From: Malacoraja senta
Lineage: Eukaryota
Length of the DNA: 64,000 nucleotides
Assembly: GCA_038087875.1 (NCBI GenBank)
Contig: JAXLNO010004019.1
Span: forward strand, 1-64,000
Direction of reading: 5' to 3'
The notes beneath the pieces are model-generated. The model was not told the DNA's origin, did no database searches, and saw only the letters and a program-made list of their open reading frames with translations. Position 1 is the first letter of the stretch. Each line of letters starts with the position of its first letter. A program made the position numbers and the translations under genes. Positions 12,406-22,580 of this stretch are shown piece after piece.

Positions 12406-12914
12406 TGTGGCTGAATGAGGTGTTAGTTTGGTTGCCCAACCAGCATGGATCCACCTCTAAGCCCGCAGCCGACCGACTCCTCGTCACTGATTCTGCTCCG
12501 CGATCCACGGCCCTTGTCCCCAAGGGGCCGCCAGAACTGTTCTAATAAGAACAGAGTCTCTTTTACTCAAATACTCGTCCTGGGAGAACCTCCTTGGTGA
12601 TCAAGGTTTCTCCCCTGCCAGGTGTACAGATATCCTGGTGAGAGAGAGGGACTGAGAGACACCAATTAGTGCAGATATCCACATCAATGAGAGGACTGAG
12701 AGACAGTGAGTCGGGTTTATTGTCACATGTACCGAGGTACAGTGAAAAGCTTTAGTTGCATGTTAACCAGACAACAGACGGACAATATATGATTACAATC
12801 GAGCACAGTGAGCAGAAACATGATGAAGGGAATAACATGAATAAAGTTCAGTGCAAGATAAAACCAGTAAATTCTGATCAAAGATAGTCCGAGGGTCTCC
12901 AATGAGGTAGATAG

Positions 12915-13990
12915 AGCACAGAAGTCAAGCTACAACAGCCAGTCGTGATGCTATGAATGAAGTCCATCTACACCTATATCGGCGACAATCTATGACAATG
13001 TATGACCATACCGACAACAAGCTACGACCTTACTGGCAACATGTTACTGTGAATGTAAATCTTGAATAAACGCTGTAAGATTGTTCTGTGAAGGTAAAAT
13101 GGTTTGGCCAGGTGGACTGGATTAAAACATAAAATGTCTGCTGACCAAAGTTGCTTAATATGTAGCTGCCGGTTTCAGGAAGTTGTGGTCAGGAGAAATA
13201 CACATTGTCCTGCTGTTACTGCATATTCGCGACTATGGTATTACCCGCACCCGTCTGACTGAGATGGCTGGCTCTCAGAAGTCTGAGGAATATACAAACC
13301 GCCGCGCCCAGAAGTCTGAGGAATGTACCTGTCTTATCTCTAGTATTGTTCCACTAAATAACACCTCCCAATATGTACGTGCCTGTTATCCTGACCATTG
13401 CGTACGTGTCTGTTGCTTTGTTTCAGTAATATGGGAGGCATAAACCGTAGCCTTAAAGTATATAAGGCATTACGAATAAAGGCATTGAGCTTGACTCTTT
13501 GCTAGGTTGCTAACCTGTGTAAAGACTCCTGCTGAATAAACGTACATTTAAACCAACCCAGGTGTCCGGTCGATTATTGTCGAAACAACCGATGTAAGAG
13601 AAAATGGACACTCACACTACGACAGCTGGCAACCATCGGCAACAGTTGACGTGACTAGCTACATCAGGCTACGACAGTGACTCCTCCGTGGGTCTCCTTT
13701 TTCTCCAGGATAGGGCCCACCCAGTGTCTTCAGCTCCTGAAACAGCTCTGAGGGAAGCCTGGTGAAGTTTCTGAAGGCATCCTCATCTTCTTGCTGGAGC
13801 TCAATCGTCAGGTTGTCATACTGGCCCAACCTGGGTCTCTACAGGGACAAGGGCTTCAACCACGCACACCTCTTCTTGGGCTTCCTCTTCCCCATTCTTC
13901 TTGTCCTTCTGTCTTGCTGATCTTTAAGCATGAGGGCTGCTGCAAGCAGCAGGGCTTCTTCTTGTGAGAGCAATGCAATTATAAACCTAG
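12915..13990 (-). mobile_element. Harbinger/PIF-like transposon remnant with transposase N-terminal fragment
   Basis: Minus strand ~13860-13690 reads RPRLGQYDNLTIELQQEDEDAFRNFTRLPSELFQEL, a Harbinger-type N-terminus; repeated TACGAC-type subterminal motifs. Confidence 0.6.
13074..13587 (+). mobile_element. Possible solo LTR nested in the Harbinger remnant
   Basis: ~510-bp unique block with TG...CA ends, TATATAA followed by AATAAA, and an internal direct repeat CAGAAGTCTGAGGAAT; no TSD found. Confidence 0.35.
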
Positions 13991-14484
13991 CAATTATAGA
14001 CCTGTTAGTTTGACGTTAGTGGTGGGCAAATTAATGGAAAGGATACTTAGAGATAATATATATAAGCATCTGGATAAGCAGAGTCTGATTAGGAAGTCAA
14101 CATGGATTTGTGCCTGGAAGGTCATGTTTGACTAATCTTCTTGAATTTTTCAAAGAGGTTACTAGGGAAATTGATGAGGGTAAAGCAGTGGATGTTGTCT
14201 ATATGGACTTCAGTAAGGCCTTTGACAAGGTTCCTCATGGAATGTTGGTTAAGAAGATTCAATTGTTGGGTATTAATGGTGGAGTAGCAAGGATTCAACA
14301 GTGGCTGAATGGGAGATGCCAGAGAGTAATGGTGGATGGCTGTTTGTCAGGTTGGAGGCCGGTGACTAGTGGGGTGCCTCAGGGGTCTGTGTTGGGTCCA
14401 CTGTTGTTTGTCATTTACATCAATGATCTGGATGATGGTGTGGAAAATTGGATTAGTAAGTATGCAGATGATACTAAGATAGGT

Positions 14485-14665
14485 ACACAAAAATGCTGGA
14501 GAAACTCAGCGGGTGCAGCAGCATCTATGGAGCGAAGGAAATAGGTAACGTTTCGGCCCGAAACGTTACCTATTTCCTTCGCTCCATAGATGCTGCTGCA
14601 CCCGCTGAGTTTCTCCAGCATTTTTGTGTACCTTCGATTTTCCAGCATCTGCAGTTCCTTCTTTA
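14485..14665. repeat. Palindromic short element with 14-bp TSD, inserted in CR1
   Basis: TSD ATACTAAGATAGGT at 14471-14484 and 14666-14679; 76-bp perfect inverted arms 14481-14556 and 14558-14633. Confidence 0.9.
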
Positions 14666-15693
14666 ATACTAAGATAGGTGGTGTTTTGGAAAATGAAGTC
14701 GATTTTCAAAGTCTGCAGAGAGATTTAGGCCATTTGGAAGAGTGGGCTGCAAGATGGCAGATGGAGTTTAATGCTGATAGATGTGAGGTGCTGCATCTCG
14801 GCAGGACAAATCAAAATAGGACGTACATGGTAAATGGTAGCGAATTGAGTAAAGCAGTTGAACAGAGGGATCTAGGAATAACTGTGCATAGTTCCCTGAA
14901 GGTGGAATCTCATGTACAGTAGATAGGGTGGTAAAGAAAGCTTTTGGTGTGCTGGCCTTTATAAATCAGAGCATTGAATATAGAAGTTGGGATGTAATGT
15001 TAAAATTGTACAAGGCATTGGTGAGGCCAATTCTGGAGTATGGAGTACAATTTTGGTCGCCTAATTATAGGAAGGATGTCAACAAAATAGAGAGAGTACA
15101 GAGGAGATTTACTAGAATGTTGCCTGGGTTTCAGCAACTAAGTTACAGAGAAAGGATGAACAAGTTCGGTCTTTATTCTTTGGAGCGCAGAAGGTTAAGG
15201 GGGGACTTGATAGAGGTCTTTAAAATGATGAGCGGGTTAGACAGAGTTGACGTGGATAAGCTTTTCCCATTGAGAGTAGGGAAGATTCAAACAAGGGGAC
15301 ATGACTTGAGAAGTAAGGGACAGAAGTTTAGGGGTAACATTAGGGGGAACTTCTTTACTCAGAGAGTGGTAGCTGTGTGGACGGGTTGCACTTGAACCCG
15401 AGGGGGACCAATATCCTGGCGGGGAGATTTGCAAAGGCTACTGGGGAGACTTTAAACTAGAACGGTTGTGGGAAGGGACACAAATAGAGAAACCTAGTGG
15501 AAAATGTGGGAGGCAGGAGGCAGAGAAGGGAAGCACTCGGACCCAAAATGTAGGGGAGAAAGAAGAAAAAGATAATAAACAGAGAATAAGTGGTGGAGGG
15601 TTTCTTAAATGTGTATATTTTAATGCTAGGAGCATTGTAAGAAAGGTGGATGAGCTTAGAGCCTGGATTGACACCTGGAAGTATGATGTTGTG

Positions 15694-15911
15694 TTAAAGA
15701 AGGAACTGCAGATGCTGGAAAATCGAAGGTACACAAAAAAATGCTGGAGAAACTCAGCGGGTGCAGCAGCATCTATGGAGCGAAGGAAATAGGTAACGTT
15801 TCGGGCCGAAACGTCTGAAGAAGGGTTTCGGCCCGAAACGTTACCTATTTCCTTCGCTCCATAGATGCTGCTGCACCCGCTGAGTTTCTCCAGCATTTTT
15901 TTTTTGTGTAC
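15694..15911. repeat. Palindromic short element with hammerhead core and 20-bp TSD
   Basis: TSD CCTGGAAGTATGATGTTGTG at 15674-15693 and 15912-15931; central CTGAAGAAGGGTTTCGGCCCGAAACGTT at 15815-15842. Confidence 0.9.
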
Positions 15912-16898
15912 CCTGGAAGTATGATGTTGTGGCGATCAGTGAAACATGGTTGCAGGAGGGCTGTGATTGGCAAATAAATATTCCAGGATTTCGTTGCTTC
16001 ATGGGTGATAGAATTGGAGGGGCAAGAGGTGGGGGTGTTGCATTGCTTGTCAAGGAAGATATTACAGCAGTGCTTTGGCAGGATAGATTAGAGGGCTCGT
16101 TTAGGGAGGCTATTTGGGTGGAACTGAGAAATGGGAAAGGGGTAGCAACACTTATAGGGGTGTATTATAGACCGCCAAATGGGGAGCGAGAATTGGAAGA
16201 GCAAATATGTAAGGAGATAGCAGATATTAGTAGTAAGCACAAGGTAGTGATTGTGGGAGATTTCAATTTTCCACACATAGACTGGGAAACACATTCTGTA
16301 AAAGGGCTGGATGGTTTGGAGTTTGTAAAATGTGTGCAAGATAGTTTTTAACAGCAATACATAGAGGTACCTACTAGAGAAGGGGCAGTGAGACAGGGCA
16401 GGTGGCGGAGGTATGCGTCGGGGAGCACTTCGGGTCCAGTGATCACAATACCATTAGTTTCAATATAATTATGGAGAGGTTCAGAACTGGACCTAGGGTT
16501 GAGATTTTTGTTTGGAGAAAGGCTAACTTTGAGGAGATGCGAAAGGATTTAAAAGGAGTGAATTGGGACATGTTGTTTTATGGAAAGGATGTAGAAGAAA
16601 AATGGAGGACATTTAAGGGTGACATTTTAAGAGTACAGAATCTTTATGTCCCTGTTCGGTTGAAAGGAAGTAGTAAAAAATGGAAAGAGCCATGGTTTTC
16701 AAGGGAAATTGGACACGGTTCGGAAAAAGAGAGAGATCTACAATAATTATAGGCAGCATGGAGTAAATGAGGTGCTTGAGGAGTTATGAAGTGCAGCAGT
16801 GAACTATCGACATGCGTCACCACCAACGGAAGCATTTTACGTCAGAATGCATTTATTAATAAAATTGAAATTCCCAGATCATGGGTTGGAATTTTGAG

Positions 16899-17219
16899 CT
16901 CATGTCGATTTTGAACTCAAGGTCAGCCTGCTGCCTCCAGCTCATCAAGAGACCACGCGTAGCCACACAGCCACCCTCGAATGTGTGCTCTCTGGTTTCT
17001 ACCCGGACCTCATAAACGTCACTTGGGAGAAAGACGGAGCCCCGATCTCCTCCACCACCAACGCTACACCGACTGCTCTGGAGCAGGGGGGGACTTTCAG
17101 TGCTTGCCATTTCCTGGCTGTGAGTTCAGAGGATTGGAAGAAAGGCTCAGTCTTCGGCTGTACAGTGTCTCATCCCCCCTCGAACACCAGTATCAGTCGG
17201 GAAGTGAAAAGCTTTCAAG
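16899..17219 (+). pseudogene. IgW: Orphan Ig heavy-chain constant (C1-set) exon, IgW CH4 / IgNAR C3-like
   Basis: 321-nt phase-1/phase-1 open exon: HVDFELKVSLLPPAHQETTRSHTATLECVLSGFYPDLINVTWEKDG...PTALEQGGTFS...WKKGSVFGCTVSHPPS...SFQ, then a GT donor. The PTALEQ motif matches recalled IgNAR C3 / IgW. An alternative acceptor at 16877 would include an in-frame TGA. Confidence 0.88.
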
Positions 17220-17329
17220 GTACGGTGCTGGGATTCACTTTAATGAACACATCTTTTACCCCGTCACAAAATAGGGCCAGGCAAGTTTAGCACTGAAGGA
17301 CAGGTGTTGCAGTGTGTGAGTGAGTGAGT

Positions 17330-17850
17330 GATAACCAAGAGGCCTAGACTAGGGTCAAGAAGAGTGAAGAGTGTTTTATTGTCATATGCCCCAGACAGGA
17401 CAATGCATTTCATGCTTGCTGCAGCACAACAGAATATGTGAATATGTAAACATAGTACATAACGGGGGAAGAGAAAAATAGAAAAAGATCAATAAATAAC
17501 AAATAGTGCAAATAACAAATAATAATATAATCTTTTGCAGTTCAGAGCTCAGAGCTTATTCGTTGTGTTTAATAGCCTGATGGCTGCAGGGAAGTAGCTG
17601 TTCCTGTACCTGGACGTTACAGTTTTCAGGCTCCTGTAACTGCTTCCTGATGGCAATGGTGAGATGAGTGTGTGGCCAGGATGGTGTGGGTCTTTGATGA
17701 TTTTGGCTCCCTTTTTGAGGCAGCGACTACGATAGATCCCTTCGACGGTCAAAGCCGGCGATGAACTGGGCAGTAGTCACAACTTTTGTAGTCTTTTTCG
17801 CTCCTGGACGTTCAAGTTGCCGAACCAGGCCACGATGCAACCAGAACTAG
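17330..17850 (-). mobile_element. Rex1/Babar LINE 3' fragment
   Basis: IIKDPHHPGHTLISPLPSG...YRNSYFPAAIRLLN. Confidence 0.8.
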
Positions 17851-18020
17851 GGCACAATGCTAAATATCTCTGTACTTTTACATCTTCAGTTTATTCCAAA
17901 ACTGCTCAGTAGCCAGGACACTGAGAAGACCAAGCCTGCTGTTCTTCAAAATTAGTGTCACAGGGTCAGTCCACTCATTGTTGTCGGCCCTCTGTGTGTG
18001 GCATCTCAGTCTAGTTGGCT

Positions 18021-18110
18021 TGCTGCTAATTTGAAGAGTGGAGTTGAGTATTTGTACTTGTACAATTGTTTGTCGACACTGGAAAAGAGGTCCATCAGAA
18101 AGTCCATTGA
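18021..18110 (+). pseudogene. Possible degenerate 3' half of a further IgW constant exon (IgNAR C4-like)
   Basis: Reads AANLKSGVEYLYL...LSTLEKRSIRKS, resembling W.SG.EY.C...LPTP.K.SIRK with W to L and C to Y; no clean splice sites. Confidence 0.4.
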
Positions 18111-18149
18111 GTGGATGGAGCTGGGTACAAGCGTGTTGGCATTGGAGTG

Positions 18150-18830
18150 ATCATGGAGTCATAGATTTATACAGGACGGTAACAGGCCCTTCGGCTCAGC
18201 TTGCCTTTGCCAACCAAGGTGCCCGATCTACACTAGTCCCGTCTCCCCGTGTTTGGCCTAAATCACTGATCATCTCATGTTCATGTGATAGGAGCAGAAT
18301 TAGGCCATTCAGCCCATCAAGTCTACTCTGCCATTCAATCATGGCTGATCTATCTCGCCTTCCTAACCCCATTCTCTTGCCTTCTCCCCTTGACACCAAT
18401 ACTAATCAAGAATCAATCTATCTCTGCTTTAAAAATACCCATTGAGTGGGCCTCCACAGCCTTCTGTGGCAATGACTTCCTCAGATTCACTACCCTGTGA
18501 CAAAACAAATTCCTCCTCATCTTCCTAGAGGAACCTCCTTTAATTCTGAGGCTATGGTCCTCGACTCTCCCACCAGTGGAATCATCCTCTTTACATCCGC
18601 TCAGTCCAGGCCTTTCACTATTCGTCCTATCCATGTACCTGTCCAAATAACTTTAAAACATTGTCATAGTTTCTGCGTCAACTACCTCCTCCTGCAGCAC
18701 ATTCCATGTACCCAGTGCCCTCTGTGTGAAAAGGTTGCCCCTCAGATTCCCATTAAATCTGTCCCCCCTCACTTTAAACCCATGCCCTGGTTCTTGATTG
18801 CACTACTCTGGGTGAAGGAGCCTGGTTGTA
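18150..18830. mobile_element. Cluster of short CR1-related 3' end fragments
   Basis: GCCATTCAGCCCATC...ATCATGGCTGAT terminal motifs; FCHRVVNL and HSLRIKG on the minus strand. Confidence 0.65.
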
Positions 18831-19084
18831 CATACGTGTGTCTAACCATCTCCTGCACTCTGTCAAATGTGGTTATCTCCTCTTGTGATATTGTGCCGAT
18901 AGTAACAAGACCAGGCTGTGGTTAGTTGAGCAGTTGCTACTCTTGAGGAAAGGGAATGTCTCTCCAGAAAGTCACTGCTATGCAGTGTCTTGTGCAGACT
19001 GGTGTTCCAGGGTTCACATTACTCAGCCAGGGAGAGAATGTCAACTGAGAATGAAAATGGATTCCAGACCAAATTCATATCAAA

Positions 19085-19585
19085 CATCATTTTTTGGTTA
19101 AACATAACTGGTTGCATCATGGCTTGGTTCGGCAACTTGAACGTCCAGGAGCGGAAAAGAATGCAGAAAGTTGTGACCACTGCCCAGTCCATCATCGACT
19201 CTGACCTCCCTACCATCGAAGGGATCTATCGCAGTCGCTGCCTCAAAAAGGCTGCCAACATCATCAAAGATCCACACCATCCTGGCCACTCACTCATCTC
19301 TCCGTTGCCATCAGGAAGAAGATACAGGAGCTTGAAATCTGGAACATCGAGGTTCAGGAACAGCTACTTCCCCACAGCCATCAAACAAACTCTGAACAAT
19401 AACAGCCTATTGCACTTTATCTGTTTATTTATTGTGTATATATATGTATATATATATGGTCTATAGACACACTGAACTTTTATCTCCTGTTCTGTATTAT
19501 GTTTACATATTCTGTTGTGCTGCTGCAAGCAAGAATTTCATTGTCCTATCTGGGACACATGACAATAAAACTCTCTTGACTCTTG
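19085..19585 (+). mobile_element. Rex1/Babar LINE 3' fragment
   Basis: TGCIMAWFGNL...IIKDPHHPGHSLISPLPSGRRYRSL; CTTGA tandem tail near 19575. Confidence 0.8.
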
Positions 19586-20559
19586 AAATATCAATTACCA
19601 AAGTTTCAGAGCTTGCAGTTACTATGATAACATCTTTGTGTCAGGTCTGATCCTGCATGACACCTGCAGAGACCCCACAAGAGGCTACATGTGTGTTTGT
19701 GTCAATGTAACCTATGAATGTTCAATAAAGAATATACATGTAGTGTTGGTGTTGGTGTTCCCTGTTGGTGTGTTTTGGGAGGTGTTGCCAAGTTGGTGGG
19801 GAACACGTGACCTGGATCTAAGATTGCACATTGTCTTTCTACAGATTATGTAAATATACATGTATTAGTCTCCTCCGTCCAAAGAATAGAACATTCTGAA
19901 TGAGGGTCTCGACCCGAAACGTCACCCATTCCTTCTATCCAGAGATGCTGCATGTCCTACAGAGTTGTGTGTCTATCTTTGGTGTAAACCAGCATCTGCA
20001 GTTCCTTCCCACACATTCGTGATGAACCTTTCTGGTCTTTAAAATATTCAAAGCTAATGAACAGGGAAAGGAGTTTTGATCATCTTTGTGAATGCATTTG
20101 ATAAACTCATTCAGAAAGTGGAAAGTTACAGAAGGAAGTGCCAGTGATGAGTTTTGCCTGTGGCAACGTGTTCAGGGCTGAAGCTATTCACTATATTTAT
20201 TGATAGTTGAGATGTCGGATAGAAAGCCACACGACCAAGTTTGCCGCTCACACAAGGCAAGCAGAAGTGTCAACAGAGCATCTGGATGGTATCCTTGCTG
20301 AGATAAGGATAAATGAAGTGAATGGGCAAATCTGTGGCAAGAACCAGCTCTTTAAATGTGTGTGGACCACACTCAAATACACAATAGACAATAGGTGCAG
20401 GAGTAGGCCATACGGCCCTTCGATCCAGCACCGCCAATCAATGTGATCATGGCTGATCTTCCCCAATCAGTACCCCGTTCCTGCCTTCTCCCCATATTCC
20501 CTGACTCCGCTATTTTTAAGAGCCCTATCTAGGGGGAGGGAGAGCGGGAGGGCGGGAGG

Positions 20560-20795
20560 TAGGTCAACATTACCACAAGTCGCGTTTGGCATCAGCAAAT
20601 GGCGGCCGTGACGTGACAACCTGACTACGTCAGACGATTGGTCCATCTTGCTCCTCTAGTAACTTTGGGCGGGATCGACTACATTTCCCGGCGCGCTTTG
20701 CGGCACAGCGGCCATCTACAGTGGAAGCGGGAAGATGTCGACATCGGCACCAAGATCGGCCGCCTGGCTCGTCGTGTGGAGGAACTCGAGGTGAA
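20560..20795 (+). promoter_or_regulatory. CpG-rich housekeeping-type promoter and first-exon remnant
   Basis: ZNF143/SBS-like ACTACATTTCCCGGCGCGCTTTGCG (~20678-20702), YY1-like AAATGGCGGC, CRE-like TGACGTGA and TACGTCA, reverse CCAAT, GC box, GGAAGATGTCG, then AG/GTGA donor at ~20790. Confidence 0.5.
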
Positions 20796-20809
20796 AACAA
20801 GAAAGGCCC

Positions 20810-21000
20810 TGGTGGAGACAGAGGGGGAGAGACGAGTGGCGAGGGGAGCAGTGGAGGGGGAGGTGAGGGAGAGAGGGATGTGAGGGGTAGGGGAGAGAAG
20901 GAGAGAGGGAATGGGGAAGGAGTGGAGGGGAGGAAGAGGTGAGGGGTAGGGTAGAGAAGGAGAGAGGGACTGGGGAACGAGTGGAGGGGAGAGTGGGGAT
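20810..21000. repeat. GA-rich low-complexity tract
   Basis: Imperfect GAGGGGTAGGG(G/T)AGAGAAGGAGAGAGGGA repeats. Confidence 0.8.
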
Positions 21001-21099
21001 CATGGTTGGATTCAAATTGAGTTTATTGACATGCACAAGTATGGATAAAACAAGATATTAGTACAACAGATATTGAGGAAAAAAGAATGTCTACTTATG

Positions 21100-22580
21100 T
21101 AATATAATAATAATAATAATATAACTTTAATTGTCATTCAAATATACACATAGACACAGTGCACATTGAACGAAATTTCGTTGCATTGACTCTTCCAAGT
21201 AGCAGCAGAATATACCATTTATATCAGGCGATCAGTAAAAATGCTTAGTGTGTCCATAAAAAGTGCTTCATGTGCATAGTTAAAAAAGGAAAGTTTTTAA
21301 AAAGTGGCATTGTATAAGACAGTTTTTTGCATCGGTTTGATTGTGAGTTCAATAATCTTATGGCCTGGGGGATGAAACTGTTGCAGAACCTGGTTGACCG
21401 GCCCTTCATGCTGCAGTACCTCCTCCCAGAGTTCAGCAGTGTAAACAGTCCATAGTGTGGGTGTGTGGGGGCTCTGGTAATGCCCTTAGCTCTTGACAGA
21501 CAGCGTTTGTAACCAATGTCCATGATGGAGGGAAGAGAAGTCCCAATGATTTTTTCCGCTGTCCTCACCACTCTCTGAAGGCACTTCCAGTCCGCAGCTG
21601 TACAGCCGCCGCACCACACAGAGATGCAGCTGGTCATGACTGATTCAATGGTGCTTCTGTAGAATGTGGTGAGGATGGGAGGGTGGAGGTGTGATCTTCT
21701 CATCCTGCGGAGGAAGTACAAACGCTGCTGTGCCCGTTTTACCAGAGATGTGATGTTAGTAGCCCAAGTTAAGGTATCCGTTATATGCACACCCAGGAAC
21801 TTGATGCTTTTCACCTGCTCCACTGCTAAGTTGTTAATGCACAGCGGACTGTGACTGGGCTGATTTTTCTTTCTGAAATCGACGTCAATCTCCTTGGTTT
21901 TGTCCACATTTAGGAGAAGGTTGTTCCTGCTGCACCAGCTGCTCCACCTCCTCTCTGTATGCCTGGTTGTCGTTGTTGCGGATGAGGCCCACTACTGTTG
22001 TGTCAATAGCGTATTTGATGATATGGTTAGTAGTGGACTTGGCGACACAGTCATGTGTCATCAATGTGAAGAGCAGCGGACTCAGGACACAGCCCTGAGG
22101 GGAGCCGGTGCTCAGTGTGATGACCGAGGAGGTGTTCTTCCCCACCCGCACAGACTGGGGTCTTTCAGAAAGGAAATCCAGGATCTAGTTGCATAGTGTG
22201 GTATTGAATCCTAGGGGCGCCAGTTTGCTCACCAGATGCTGGGGGATTATCGTATTGAATGCTGAGCTGAAGTCAACAAACAGCATCCGCACGTTGGTGT
22301 TCTTCACCTCCAGGTGTTGTAGGCTCAGGTGGACTGCAGAGGAGATAGCATCCTCTGTGGAGCGGTTCGGGCGATAAGCAAACTGGAATGGGTCAAAACT
22401 GGGGGGTAGATTAGAGACCATGTGCTGCTTAATAAGCCTCTCAAAGCACTTCATTATTATTGGTGTGAGTGCTACGGGGCGGTAATCATTCAGGCAGGTT
22501 ATTGTAGACTTTTTGGGAACTGGTATGATGGTGGCTGTCTTGAAACATGATGGAACAATGGCCTGGTTCAGGGAGGTGGC
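21100..22580 (-). mobile_element. Rex1/Babar LINE, RT region
   Basis: [43 protein letters not shown] across ORFs 21245-22454; (TAA)n tail near 21100. Confidence 0.88.

Larger units (their letters stand above)
7223..12475 (-). mobile_element. Near full-length Tx1-type (L1 clade) LINE with frameshifts
   Basis: Poly-A end at 7223 (poly-T on plus); ORF1 and ORF2 both present; candidate 5-bp TSD ACTCC at 7218-7222 and 12476-12480. The 5' boundary is tentative. Confidence 0.88.
13975..16786 (+). mobile_element. Rearranged CR1: RT half followed by ORF1 end and endonuclease half
   Basis: RT motifs 14110-15380 ([21 protein letters not shown]), a jump at GGA 15379-15381 into the ORF1 3' end, then endonuclease motifs (YFNARSI, SETWL, GDFN, SDH). 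Confidence 0.85.

Noticed and set aside
18830-19090. Unique stretch as a possible further IgW C, secretory or TM exon
   Set aside because: No frame gave a convincing Cys-Trp-Cys domain, secretory tail or TM motif.
20731-20790. RLARRVEELE similarity to the DCTN3 N-terminus (RLQARVEELE)
   Set aside because: The match is too short and generic for a coiled coil, there is no suitable start codon in that frame, and the following sequence does not continue the similarity.
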